From Alphaproteobacteria bacterium (lineage in GTDB: Bacteria; Pseudomonadota; Alphaproteobacteria; GCA-2731375): DNA of 64,000 bases. Position 1 is the stretch's first letter; each line of letters starts with the position of its first letter. The notes under the pieces are model-generated. The model worked only from the letters and a program-made list of their open reading frames with translations, did no database searches and had not been told where the DNA came from. A program made the translations under genes and the position numbers. The DNA lies in assembly GCA_965232515.1 (NCBI GenBank), contig CBDDPY010000002.1:2144001-2208000 (forward strand), in the 5' to 3' direction. Below are positions 20,104-29,005 of the stretch, one piece after another.

Positions 20104-21120
20104 ATGCGCGTTCAACGCCTGATAAGCCCGGTTGCCAGCGTTGCTTTCGCGCTGCTGTTCAACCTGGTCGCTGCGGTCGCACCGGCAATGGCCGACACCG
20201 CGCCTTTCGATCTCAACGACACCGTCAAGGCTGTCGTCAAGGTGACCGCCGAGGTTCCGGCGGACGCCCGCACAGCCGCGTTCCTCGGCACGGAACGCGA
20301 AGGCAACGGCGTCGTCATCGACGACGATGGGCTGGTGCTGACCATCGGCTACCTGATCCTTGAGGCGATGTCGGCGAACGTCGCCAATGCCGCCGGCGAG
20401 ATGGTGCCGGCGGAAATCATCGCCTACGACTATGACACCGGATTCGGCCTGCTGCGCGCGCTGGACCCGCTCGATATCGAACCGCTCCGGCTGGGCAGCG
20501 CCGGTGAGCTCAAGGAACGCGATCCGGTCCTGGTGGTCGGCAACGGGGGCCAGGAGGCGACGATCGGCGCCTTCGTCGTCTCCCGCCGTGAATTTGCCGG
20601 ATACTGGGAGTATTTGCTGGACAGCGCGATCTTCACCTCGCCACCGCACCCGAATTGGGGTGGCGCGGCGCTGATCGGCCCAAACGGACGTCTGCTGGGT
20701 GTCGGCTCGCTTCTGGTGCGGGACGCGATGCCGCCGCCGGATCTGATTCCCGGCAACATGTTCGTGCCGATCGACCTGCTCAAGCCGATCCTCGGCGAAC
20801 TCCTGGAGCTCGGGCGGAGCGCCGGCAAGCCGCGGCCTTGGCTCGGCATGTTCTCGGCCGAATCGCTCGGCCGCGTCGTGGTGACGAGCGTCGCGCGCGA
20901 CGGACCGGCGGACAGCGCCGGAATCGAATCGGGCGACGTCGTGGTCAGCGTGTCAGGCGAGAATATCGAGGATATGGGCCGGCTCTACCGCAAGATCTGG
21001 TCGCTGGGCGAGGCGGGTGTGGACGTGCCGATCACCGTCCTGCGCGGCAGTCAGGCGCTGGACATCGTTGTCCGTTCGGGCGACCGCTACGACTATCTAA
21101 AGCTACGGCAGACCTACTGA
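20104..21120 (+). CDS. S1C trypsin-like + PDZ protein (catalytic residues appear substituted)
   Basis: GNGVVID..LTIGYLI, HPNWGGAAL, RPWLG, PDZ-like GPADSAG. Confidence 0.82.
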   Translation: MRVQRLISPVASVAFALLFNLVAAVAPAMADTAPFDLNDTVKAVVKVTAEVPADARTAAFLGTEREGNGVVIDDDGLVLTIGYLILEAMSANVANAAGEMVPAEIIAYDYDTGFGLLRALDPLDIEPLRLGSAGELKERDPVLVVGNGGQEATIGAFVVSRREFAGYWEYLLDSAIFTSPPHPNWGGAALIGPNGRLLGVGSLLVRDAMPPPDLIPGNMFVPIDLLKPILGELLELGRSAGKPRPWLGMFSAESLGRVVVTSVARDGPADSAGIESGDVVVSVSGENIEDMGRLYRKIWSLGEAGVDVPITVLRGSQALDIVVRSGDRYDYLKLRQTY

Positions 21121-21264
21121 CCAATCCGCGCGCCGCGTCGGGACGCGTTAGGATCGAGCCCGAATCAGGCTGAGCATCCACATACGCCACGGGTAGTGTG
21201 TCAAACGCCGTCAACCACAAAATTTAGTTGCGGGTGTCCACGCGGCCTGCTAGATGATGCAAAT

Positions 21265-22135
21265 AGTTGGGGCGTCGGGGCGCTGAAGCCGAAGCTCTAG
21301 CGTCGTGTCCCGCTAAGGACACCCCCGACACCCCAGGAGCCGGTCTCGCTCCCCACACCCGCCAGCAGCGGGCTCAGCTTACGGTCGCTTCGTGCCGTCG
21401 ACGTTCCGGGTCGTCGACCGCGCGTTGCGAGCGTTGTTTTCCGTTCGGGTTCCGGAAGCTGCCGGCAACAACTCCTCGCGAAGTTCCCGCCGGTCTCCGG
21501 CCCGCCGCGCCCGAGGGCGCGGCGTTTCGGAGAGTTCCGCTCCCGATCGACCGCCGACCGAACAGCCATCCGCCACGCCCGAGGGCATCGCAGTCGACCG
21601 TGTCCGCCGACAATCGGCTGGTCCGGATCGCGTCGCCCCTGGCGCAAACGATGTCCGAAGACTTCGTTCGACACCCTGGCCGCACGATCGGAGCGGGGTT
21701 GGATCTGCCCGACCGTTCGACGTCGCGACCCGAAGGCCACACCGTCTCGCAATCGGACGGACGTGATATCGCCCCGGAGGGTAACACCACCGCCTCGCCC
21801 CTGGCCGGCAAACACGAGGCCTGCCAGCCGGACGAAGCCCCTTCCCCAGCCGAGGCCGCTGGATCCGGTCGTACGCCCGAAGGCGTCGCGATCTGATCGT
21901 CGCTGCCCCGCCAGCGGACGGATGGGCCATGTGCCAGACCGTCCGACCGGCCCGAAGGCCAACCTTCCGATCCGACGACCGCTCCGTCCACGGAGAACGT
22001 GCCGTCCCGCATCGAAGAACTGTCAAACCCGAAGGTTCTTGGCTCTCCGACCGAAGCCTGATCGTGGGGGCGTCATGGTCGACCCCGAAGGGTTTTCCGC
22101 TTCGCCTTCTCGACCGATGCTTCGGCGCTAACGCG
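21265..22135 (-). ncRNA. Candidate large structured non-coding RNA (about 870 nt), class unassigned
   Basis: 8 CUUCGG, 3 CCUCGG and 1 CUCCGG loop motifs on the minus strand, most closing stems; G-U pairs valid only on the minus strand; nested long-range helices; AT-rich upstream region; no credible CDS. Confidence 0.65.
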
Positions 22136-22140
22136 TGCAG

Positions 22141-22300
22141 TTAGAGTATTGATGGGTGGCAGAAAGAAAACAACAAGAAAAATTGACAAAACCTAAAAAA
22201 TCTGTGAATAGTTGGAATAGAAAAACACAATCTATTCACAGTTTATCCACTAAAAAATCCACATACGATGACTTCCGGTCTTTTTTTGAATTCATGAAGC
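22141..22300. promoter_or_regulatory. AT-rich divergent promoter region with DnaA-box-like 9-mers
   Basis: TGTGAATAG 22203, CTATTCACA 22232, TTATCCACT 22243, AAATCCACA 22255; minus-strand TACTCT (-10-like) at 22143-22148. Confidence 0.45.
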
Positions 22301-22489
22301 ATCTATATAGTAGCGGCGACCGCCAAACAAACCGGATTTCCTCGGATCGATGCACGACAAATCGGTTCGACATGCCGCAATCCGGCGCTAAATGGTAGCT
22401 TGCGCCGCGCAAACGTGATTGTTAGACCAACCGATGCCGCGCATTGCCCGGTTCGCAACGCGAATCGTCCTATCTGCCGGGAGTCCCGC

Positions 22490-23110
22490 ATGCTATCCCG
22501 CCGCACATTTTTCCTCAGTCCTCTCGCTGTCGGATTGCTGCCGGCGACGGCCAAGGCGGAGGCTTCCGCCGAAGCCGTGAACGGCGCCAGCCAGTTCATA
22601 CAATGGCTTGCCGACCAGGCCATTGCGGTGCTGGGCGCAAGCAACTCGACACTGGAGACGCGGGAGGCGGAGTTCCGCCGGTTGCTGGGACAGGGATTTG
22701 CCCTGCCGTTCATCAGCCGGTTCGTTTTGGGCCGCTACTGGCGGACCACGACCCCAGAGCAGCGAGAGGACTATCAGGAGCTGTTCGCCGAGTACATCCT
22801 GCGAACCTATTCGAACCGCCTTGGCGGCTATGCCGGGGAGACCTTCAAGGTCACCGGGGCCCGCCCCGCCGGCAAACAGGACATTCTGGTCGCCACGCGG
22901 ATCGATCGTCCCAGCGGTCCGCCGATCAAGGCGGACTGGCGCGTTCGCATCTTCGACAACGAATACAAGATCATCGATATCATGGTCGAAGGCGTCAGCA
23001 TGGCCGTGACCCAACGGTCGGAATTCACCAATGTTGTCCGCAGCCAGGGTATCGACGGCCTGCTGCAGGCCCTGCGCGCGCGCACCGAGCGGATGCCGGC
23101 GACATCGTGA
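22490..23110 (+). CDS. mlaC: MlaC/Ttg2D phospholipid-binding protein
   Basis: RRTFF Tat-like leader, ISRFVLGRYWR, KIIDIMVEGVSM..QRSEF. Confidence 0.9.
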   Translation: MLSRRTFFLSPLAVGLLPATAKAEASAEAVNGASQFIQWLADQAIAVLGASNSTLETREAEFRRLLGQGFALPFISRFVLGRYWRTTTPEQREDYQELFAEYILRTYSNRLGGYAGETFKVTGARPAGKQDILVATRIDRPSGPPIKADWRVRIFDNEYKIIDIMVEGVSMAVTQRSEFTNVVRSQGIDGLLQALRARTERMPATS

Positions 23111-23139
23111 CCATCGAGCGACAAAGGAATCGTACCGCC

Positions 23140-23982
23140 ATGCCTCTGTTGCACTTTGACCCCGATAGCGACCGCCCACGGCGGGCCGCGCTGGCTTCGC
23201 TGGCGATCGCGGCGGCGCTGCTGGCGACGACACCGTCATTGGCCGACATCGCGGCCGGCTACGAAGCCTATCAGCGCGGGGATTTCGCCGCCGCGCTCTC
23301 GGAATGGCGACCGCTGGCCGAAGCCGGCAATTCGCGGGCGCAGTACAATCTCGGGATCCTGTATGACGAAGGCCGCGGGGTCGCACGCGACCGCGGCCAA
23401 GCCATCGCCTGGTGGGAGAAGGCGGCGAAACAGGACTACGCCCCGGCACAGCACAATCTGGCCAGTCTGTATATTGGTGGCGACGGCGTCGTCCAGGATT
23501 ACGCGAAAGCAGTTACCTGGCTGCAACGCGCCGCCGACAATGGCTTGGCCCGGGCCCAGTATACGCTCGGAAAAATGTTCTACGACGGTCTCGGAATCCC
23601 GGCCGACCGCACGGCATCGGCCCGCTATTATCGCCTGGCTGCGGACCAGGGCCTGGCCCGGGCCCAATACAATCTGGGCAAGCTCTATCGCGACGGCGAC
23701 GGGGTCGAGCAGAGCGACGCGGAGTCGGTCAGATGGTTCGCGTTGGCGGCGCGCCAGGGCTATGCGAAGGCGCAGAACCACCTGGGCACCCGATACGCAC
23801 GCGGCATCGGCGTCAATCGCGACGACGTGCAGGCCTACAAGTGGGCAGCGCTCGCGGCCCGGCAAGGCCATGCCGCGGCGAACGAGAACCTCAAGGTTCT
23901 GCGCGGCCGCATGACGTCCGCAGACATCGAGAAGGCCGAAGCCCTGATCGCCGCCTTCCGGCCGGAACGCAAACGCGAATAG
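23140..23982 (+). CDS. Sel1-repeat (TPR-like) exported protein
   Basis: Repeated AQYNLG.LY..G.GV..D...A..W...AA.QG units. Confidence 0.92.
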   Translation: MPLLHFDPDSDRPRRAALASLAIAAALLATTPSLADIAAGYEAYQRGDFAAALSEWRPLAEAGNSRAQYNLGILYDEGRGVARDRGQAIAWWEKAAKQDYAPAQHNLASLYIGGDGVVQDYAKAVTWLQRAADNGLARAQYTLGKMFYDGLGIPADRTASARYYRLAADQGLARAQYNLGKLYRDGDGVEQSDAESVRWFALAARQGYAKAQNHLGTRYARGIGVNRDDVQAYKWAALAARQGHAAANENLKVLRGRMTSADIEKAEALIAAFRPERKRE

Positions 23983-24089
23983 CCGCGGACCATCGTCCGC
24001 CGGATCACGCGCCCCCGGGAGCGGGTGACGTGACAGGCCGCATCGGACCTGATTTACTCGCGCCTGGATCGGCCCCGGGGGCGTTTCGT

Positions 24090-25640
24090 ATGCACTGGTT
24101 CAACCGCCGTCGCGCGGCGGCGCTCAGCACGTTCGTTGGCGTAGTGACGATGACCGTCGCGTCGGTCGCGGCCGGGCAATCGTCGGCGCCGGGGATTGCG
24201 GCGCGCATAGATGCCGCTGTCAGAGCCAACCAGGCGTCGCTGGCCGCGGCCGGTACCGGCCCCAATGCGCAGTCAGCCGCGCTGCAGGCCCAGCGGCGCC
24301 TCGAGAGCGAGTTGAGCGCGATCGTTGTCGGCACGATAGCGCAACGCCCCGATCTGTTGACATCCGTCGTTCAGGCGGCCGTCAATGCCGCGCCGCCGGC
24401 CCGTAACCGCATCGCCAACCGGGCCGCCAGCGCCTATCCGGGCTATGCCACGCAAGTCTACGCCGCCGCCGGCATCGACCCGGCGACAGCGCCCGCCTAT
24501 CCGCAGGCCAACTTCGGACTGACAACGTTTCCGGGCGCGCCGACTTATGCGCCCCGAGCAGCGACGCCCGCCATCAGCGCCAGCTATGCCCGGACCTCGC
24601 GGGCAAGCCGCAACGCCGATGTCGCAAGCCGCGTCGTGGCTTCGATTGCCGCCAATCCCGCCCAGGCCGAGACCATCGTGCGCGACGCCGTCGCCCGCGC
24701 ACCGGATCAGCGCGACAACATCGTCCGGACGGCAGGCCGATCGTTTCCCACCTTCGCCGGCCGCATCGCTACCGCGGCCCAGTCGGCGCCCGTTGCACGC
24801 CCGGCGAGCCAGACAAGCCCGGCGCCGCCGTCTCCGGCCGCCACACCGATCGCGCAGCGCCTGCCGACAGCGGGCCCCGCCGCAACCGCCAGTTCCGCGG
24901 CGCGACAAGCGACGCCGGCCGCGTCCCCGGCAGAGACCTCGGCGGGCCTTGTCGGTCCCGAGGAGGCCCGCGATCCGATCGAGTCGTTCAACCGGGCCGT
25001 CTTCGCGTTCAACGAAACGGTCGATTTCCTGATTTTGCGACCGGTCGCCTGGACCTACAACAAGATCACGCCGGATCCCGTCATCTTCGCCGTGCGCCGC
25101 TTCTTCGACAATCTGGGCTCGCCCGTCATCTTCGCGAACGACCTGTTGCAGCTCACGTTCGACGATGCCGGAGTCACGTTGGGACGGTTTGGCATCAACA
25201 GCACGATCGGCCTGTTGGGCTTTTTCGATGTCGCGGAAGACTTCGGTCTGGAACGGCATACAGCCGATTTCGGCCAGACCCTGCACGCCTACGGCACCGG
25301 CCCCGGTCCGTACATCGTGCTTCCCCTCCTCGGCCCGTCGACGGCGCGGGACGGCGTCGGCACGGTGGTCGACATTTTCCTGGACCCGCTGACCTATCTT
25401 CTCGGTTCGCCGGAATCCTATATCGTCACCGGCAGCCAGGTGGTGGTCGCCCGCGAGGCGCTGCTGGAGCCGCTGGACGAGCTGAAGCGAACGTCGGTCG
25501 ACTACTACATCTCGCTGCGCAGCGCCTATTACCAGCGCCGCGCGGTCGATCTGAACAAGGGCCGCGGCAGCGGCGGCGGCGCGGCCATCGACGAGCTGTT
25601 CGATTCGCCCGAGCTCGACGACGAAGCGGCGCCCAACTAG
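24090..25640 (+). CDS. mlaA: VacJ/MlaA family protein with long N-terminal extension
   Basis: C-terminal DPIESFNRAVFAFN, RFGINSTIGLLG, DFGQTL, YIVLPLLGPSTARD. Confidence 0.85.
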   Translation: MHWFNRRRAAALSTFVGVVTMTVASVAAGQSSAPGIAARIDAAVRANQASLAAAGTGPNAQSAALQAQRRLESELSAIVVGTIAQRPDLLTSVVQAAVNAAPPARNRIANRAASAYPGYATQVYAAAGIDPATAPAYPQANFGLTTFPGAPTYAPRAATPAISASYARTSRASRNADVASRVVASIAANPAQAETIVRDAVARAPDQRDNIVRTAGRSFPTFAGRIATAAQSAPVARPASQTSPAPPSPAATPIAQRLPTAGPAATASSAARQATPAASPAETSAGLVGPEEARDPIESFNRAVFAFNETVDFLILRPVAWTYNKITPDPVIFAVRRFFDNLGSPVIFANDLLQLTFDDAGVTLGRFGINSTIGLLGFFDVAEDFGLERHTADFGQTLHAYGTGPGPYIVLPLLGPSTARDGVGTVVDIFLDPLTYLLGSPESYIVTGSQVVVAREALLEPLDELKRTSVDYYISLRSAYYQRRAVDLNKGRGSGGGAAIDELFDSPELDDEAAPN

Positions 25641-26264
25641 ATGTCGCCGCCCGCCACCGACGCGGCCGCATTCGGTCCGCTCGTCAGGCTGAACGAACCG
25701 GCGTTCGTGCATCCCAGCGCCTCGATCTACGGCAAGGTGACGATCGAACAGGGCGTCAGCATCTGGACGAACGCCGTCTTTCGCGCCGAAGCGCACGAGA
25801 TCACGGTCGGCCCCTACAGCAACATCCAGGATTTCGTCATGCTGCATGTCGCCGCCGAGACCGGCACGCATGTCGGCGCCCACTGCTCGATCAGCCACCA
25901 CGCGACCGTCCACGGCTGCACGATCGGCGACAATTGCCTGATCGGCATCAACGCCACGGTGATGGACGGCGCGGTGATCGGCGACAACACGATTGTCGCC
26001 GGCCATTGCATCGTGTCCGAAAACGCCGAGATCCCGCCGAATTCGGTCGTCGCCGGCGTGCCCGGCCGGGTCGTCAGATCCCGCAACAACTGGATCGCGA
26101 ATCGAATGAACGCGTTTTTCTACCACCAGAACGGTCTGGCCTATGCGATCGGGCAGCATCGCCGCTGGGACGGCCCGGAATGGACGGAGATCTTTCAGGC
26201 CGAACGCGCGCGCCTGGAGGCGGAATTCGCTACACTGCTGGAAACCGGCGCACAGGTCGCCTGA
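25641..26264 (+). CDS. Gamma carbonic anhydrase-like hexapeptide-repeat protein
   Basis: SNIQD..MLH, ISHHATVHGCTIGDNCLIGI. Confidence 0.88.
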   Translation: MSPPATDAAAFGPLVRLNEPAFVHPSASIYGKVTIEQGVSIWTNAVFRAEAHEITVGPYSNIQDFVMLHVAAETGTHVGAHCSISHHATVHGCTIGDNCLIGINATVMDGAVIGDNTIVAGHCIVSENAEIPPNSVVAGVPGRVVRSRNNWIANRMNAFFYHQNGLAYAIGQHRRWDGPEWTEIFQAERARLEAEFATLLETGAQVA

Positions 26265-26305
26265 CCCCGCCGCCGGTCGATCCCCGAACACCAGACGGTT
26301 GCAAC

Positions 26306-27298
26306 ATGGAAAAACCCTATCTGCTCTTTCTCGGCGACGTGCATGACGAACTCGCGGCCAAGACGGCTCATGGCATTGCCGACTGGCGGCCCGACTGGTG
26401 TGTCGGCCAGCTGCGGCTGCCGGGCTGCCAAGCCGACACCGTGCTGAGTGACATCACGGTGGCCGAGGCCGCCGAACGCGGCGCCAAGACCTTCGTGATC
26501 GCCGTGGTCAATTCAGGCGGCACCATGCCCGAGAGCTGGACCGACACCATCGTCGACGCCATTGAACACGGCATGGACGTGGCGAGCGGCCTGCACATGC
26601 GGCTGCAGGACTTTCCGGCGATCGCCGACGCCGCGGCCAAGCGTGGCCGGCGGCTCTACAACGTCCGGCACAGCGAACAGCAGTTCGGGACCGGCAAGGG
26701 CCATAAACGTGCCGGCAAGAGGTTGTTGACGGTGGGCACCGACTGTTCGGTCGGCAAGAAATACACCGCACTAGCGCTGGAGCGCGACATGCGGGCCCGC
26801 GGCATGAACGCGGATTTCTGCGCCACCGGCCAGACCGGCGTCTTCATCGCCGAGCGCGGCGTGGCAATCGACGCCGTGGTCGCCGACTTCATCTCCGGCG
26901 CCGCCGAATGGCTGAGTCCGGAAAACGCGCCCGACCATTGGGATGTGATCGAGGGCCAGGGATCGCTGTTCCACGCCGCCTTCGCCGGCGTCTCGCTGGG
27001 CCTGCTGCATGGCTCGCAGGCGGACGCGCTGGTGCTGTGCCACGAACCGACCCGCACGCATATGCGCGGCCTGCCGCATGCGCCGATCCCGGACCTGACC
27101 CAATGCATCGACGCCAATATCGCCAGCGGCAAGCTGACCAATCCGGATTGCCGCATGGTCGGGGTCAGCATCAACACGGCGGCGCTCGACCGAGAGGCGG
27201 CCGAACGAGTATTGCGGTCGACGGAAGACCGCCTGGGCCTGCCCTGCGTCGACCCGATGACGGTCGGCACTGACGCCATCATCGACCGGCTGGACTGA
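26306..27298 (+). CDS. dgcN: DUF1611 family / D-glutamate N-acetyltransferase DgcN-like
   Basis: PYLLFLGD, AAKTA, VGTDCSVGKKYT, ATGQTG, IEGQGSL. Confidence 0.85.
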   Translation: MEKPYLLFLGDVHDELAAKTAHGIADWRPDWCVGQLRLPGCQADTVLSDITVAEAAERGAKTFVIAVVNSGGTMPESWTDTIVDAIEHGMDVASGLHMRLQDFPAIADAAAKRGRRLYNVRHSEQQFGTGKGHKRAGKRLLTVGTDCSVGKKYTALALERDMRARGMNADFCATGQTGVFIAERGVAIDAVVADFISGAAEWLSPENAPDHWDVIEGQGSLFHAAFAGVSLGLLHGSQADALVLCHEPTRTHMRGLPHAPIPDLTQCIDANIASGKLTNPDCRMVGVSINTAALDREAAERVLRSTEDRLGLPCVDPMTVGTDAIIDRLD

Positions 27299-27299
27299 C

Positions 27300-28280
27300 A
27301 TGCCGGCGCTGCACGCGGCCCGAGAAACCTGGCCATTGCCGGGCGAGTTCAGGATATCGCGTGGCGCGCGCACCGAGAGCATCGTCGCGGTCGTCGAGAT
27401 CGAGGATGGCCCGCATCGCGGCCGCGGCGAATGCTTTCCCTACCCACGCTATGGCGAAAGCGTGGAGTCCGTATTGCAGCAAATCGATGACATCAGGTCG
27501 GAGATTCAGGCCGGAATGTCCCGGCAGGCACTCCAGAGCCTGCTGCCCGCCGGGGCGGCGCGAAACGCGATCGATTGCGCGCTCTGGGATCTGGAAGCCA
27601 AGACGGCGGACCGGCGGGTCTGGGAACTGGCCGGATTGCCGCGACCCGAGGTCGTGACGACAGCCTATACGCTCAGCCTCGGCGAGCCGGCGGCGATGGC
27701 CGCCGCGGCACGCGAGGCCGCCGACCGGCCGCTTCTGAAACTGAAGCTGGGCGGCGCGGACGATATCGCGCGGGTCGCGGCCGTGCACGAGGCCGCGCCG
27801 GCGGCCGACATAATCGTCGATGCGAACGAGGCCTGGACGCCGGACATGGTGATCCCCCTGAGCCGTGCATTGGCCGCTCTCGGCGTCACCATGATCGAGC
27901 AACCGCTGCCGGCCGACGCCGATCAGGCGCTGGCCGAGATCGATCATCCCGTGCCGATCTGCGCCGACGAGTCCTGCCACACGGCCGCCGACGTGTCTGC
28001 GCTGGCCGGCCGCTATGACATGGTCAACGTGAAGCTCGACAAGACAGGCGGCTTGACCGAGGCAATCGACCTGATTGACGCCGCGCGGGCGGCCGGCCTC
28101 GACCTGATGGTCGGGTGCATGGTCGGGACATCTCTCGCCATGGCGCCGGCGACCCTGATTGCCGGTGCGGCCCGGTATGTCGACCTCGACGGTCCGTTGC
28201 TGCTTGCCCGCGACCGCGATCCGGGACTGCGCTACGACGGTAGCCGGCTATCTCCGACGACGCCGGAAATCTGGGGCTGA
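27300..28280 (+). CDS. dgcA: Dipeptide epimerase / N-acetyl-D-Glu racemase DgcA-like (enolase superfamily)
   Basis: FRISRGA, KLKL, DANE, EQP, ADES, KLDKTGGLTE, DLDG. Confidence 0.87.
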   Translation: MPALHAARETWPLPGEFRISRGARTESIVAVVEIEDGPHRGRGECFPYPRYGESVESVLQQIDDIRSEIQAGMSRQALQSLLPAGAARNAIDCALWDLEAKTADRRVWELAGLPRPEVVTTAYTLSLGEPAAMAAAAREAADRPLLKLKLGGADDIARVAAVHEAAPAADIIVDANEAWTPDMVIPLSRALAALGVTMIEQPLPADADQALAEIDHPVPICADESCHTAADVSALAGRYDMVNVKLDKTGGLTEAIDLIDAARAAGLDLMVGCMVGTSLAMAPATLIAGAARYVDLDGPLLLARDRDPGLRYDGSRLSPTTPEIWG

Positions 28281-28379
28281 GGACCGGCCGGCCATCGGAC
28301 GTCCGCCCGCGGGCGAAGATCAGCCGGTCCGTCGCGCGCGCATCCACACACACGTTCCCACCAAAGATAGATGTTGAAT

Positions 28380-28520
28380 ACTTGCGCAAATTCACTTAAA
28401 TTTCTTGAGTAATTTAAATAAAAATAACAAATTATTAACCATATCCAATTATATATTCACTTCTGTAAATAATGAGTTAATAAAACTGAAGTTATTTTAC
28501 TTGATCAACTTCGATTTTCG
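28380..28520. promoter_or_regulatory. AT-rich pilin promoter region with CtrA-like site
   Basis: ATAA-N7-TTAAC at 28424-28439 upstream of the flp gene. Confidence 0.5.
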
Positions 28521-28639
28521 ATCTAGATTCCTCGCATTCCACTCCGTCGAAGGACCAATGCGTCTGACGCATTCCGTCTACGTTCGGCGGTTTTACGGCC
28601 ACTGCTGCAAATGGTCTGGAATGGATAGGAGGACCCACA

Positions 28640-28849
28640 ATGCTGCGGGTTATTACGGAAGCTCAGTCGACGTGGATGCGCGTCCGCAAGTTCGTCAAGG
28701 ACCAGTCGGGCGCCACGGCGATTGAATACGGCCTGATCGCCGCCGGCATCGCCGTCGCGATCATTACCACCGTCTTCGCGCTCGGTACGGATATCGACGC
28801 CTTCTTCGTCGACATTCAGACCAAGCTGCAGAACGGCGGTAGCGGCTGA
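28640..28849 (+). CDS. flp: Flp family type IVb pilin
   Basis: DQSG/ATAIEYGLIAAGIAV Flp motif; AGGAGG SD. Confidence 0.95.
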   Translation: MLRVITEAQSTWMRVRKFVKDQSGATAIEYGLIAAGIAVAIITTVFALGTDIDAFFVDIQTKLQNGGSG

Positions 28850-28891
28850 TTTGCCGTCGGCGTTTATCGCCGACGCAATTCGCTACGGGCA

Positions 28892-28933
28892 ATCCGGGGG
28901 CGGTGCGCACGCCCGCCCCCGGATCCCTTTTTT
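28892..28933 (+). terminator. Rho-independent terminator after pilin
   Basis: ATCCGGGGGCGG..CCGCCCCCGGAT then CCCTTTTTT. Confidence 0.8.
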
Positions 28934-29005
28934 GTTGTATTCACGGTATCCTCGGCCGTCGAATGTCGGTACCAATCGGTTCCAACGGCCGCTGCCGGAA
29001 CGCGC

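Noticed and set aside
21265-22135. CRISPR array, REP array, RNase P, tmRNA or group II intron
   Set aside because: Only 6-nt loop motifs recur, with no constant repeat-spacer period; no GAGGAAAGUCC, tRNA-like CCA end or recognisable domain V; no cas or RT gene in the window.
21267-22144. Overlapping ORFs of 70-220 aa on both strands in the structured region
   Set aside because: Arg/Pro/Gly/Ser-rich, no recognisable motifs, mutually overlapping; expected in GC-rich self-complementary DNA.
22141-22300. Chromosomal origin of replication
   Set aside because: No perfect DnaA box and no origin-associated genes (hemE, dnaA, parAB) nearby; kept only as a possible regulatory site.
22444-24089. Long upstream extensions of the Sel1 (512 aa) and MlaA (742 aa) ORFs
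   Set aside because: They overlap real genes in other frames; signal peptides mark later starts at 23140 and 24090.
28405-28725. 106-aa ORF over the AT-rich region
   Set aside because: Spans the pilin promoter and overlaps flp out of frame; no protein motif.
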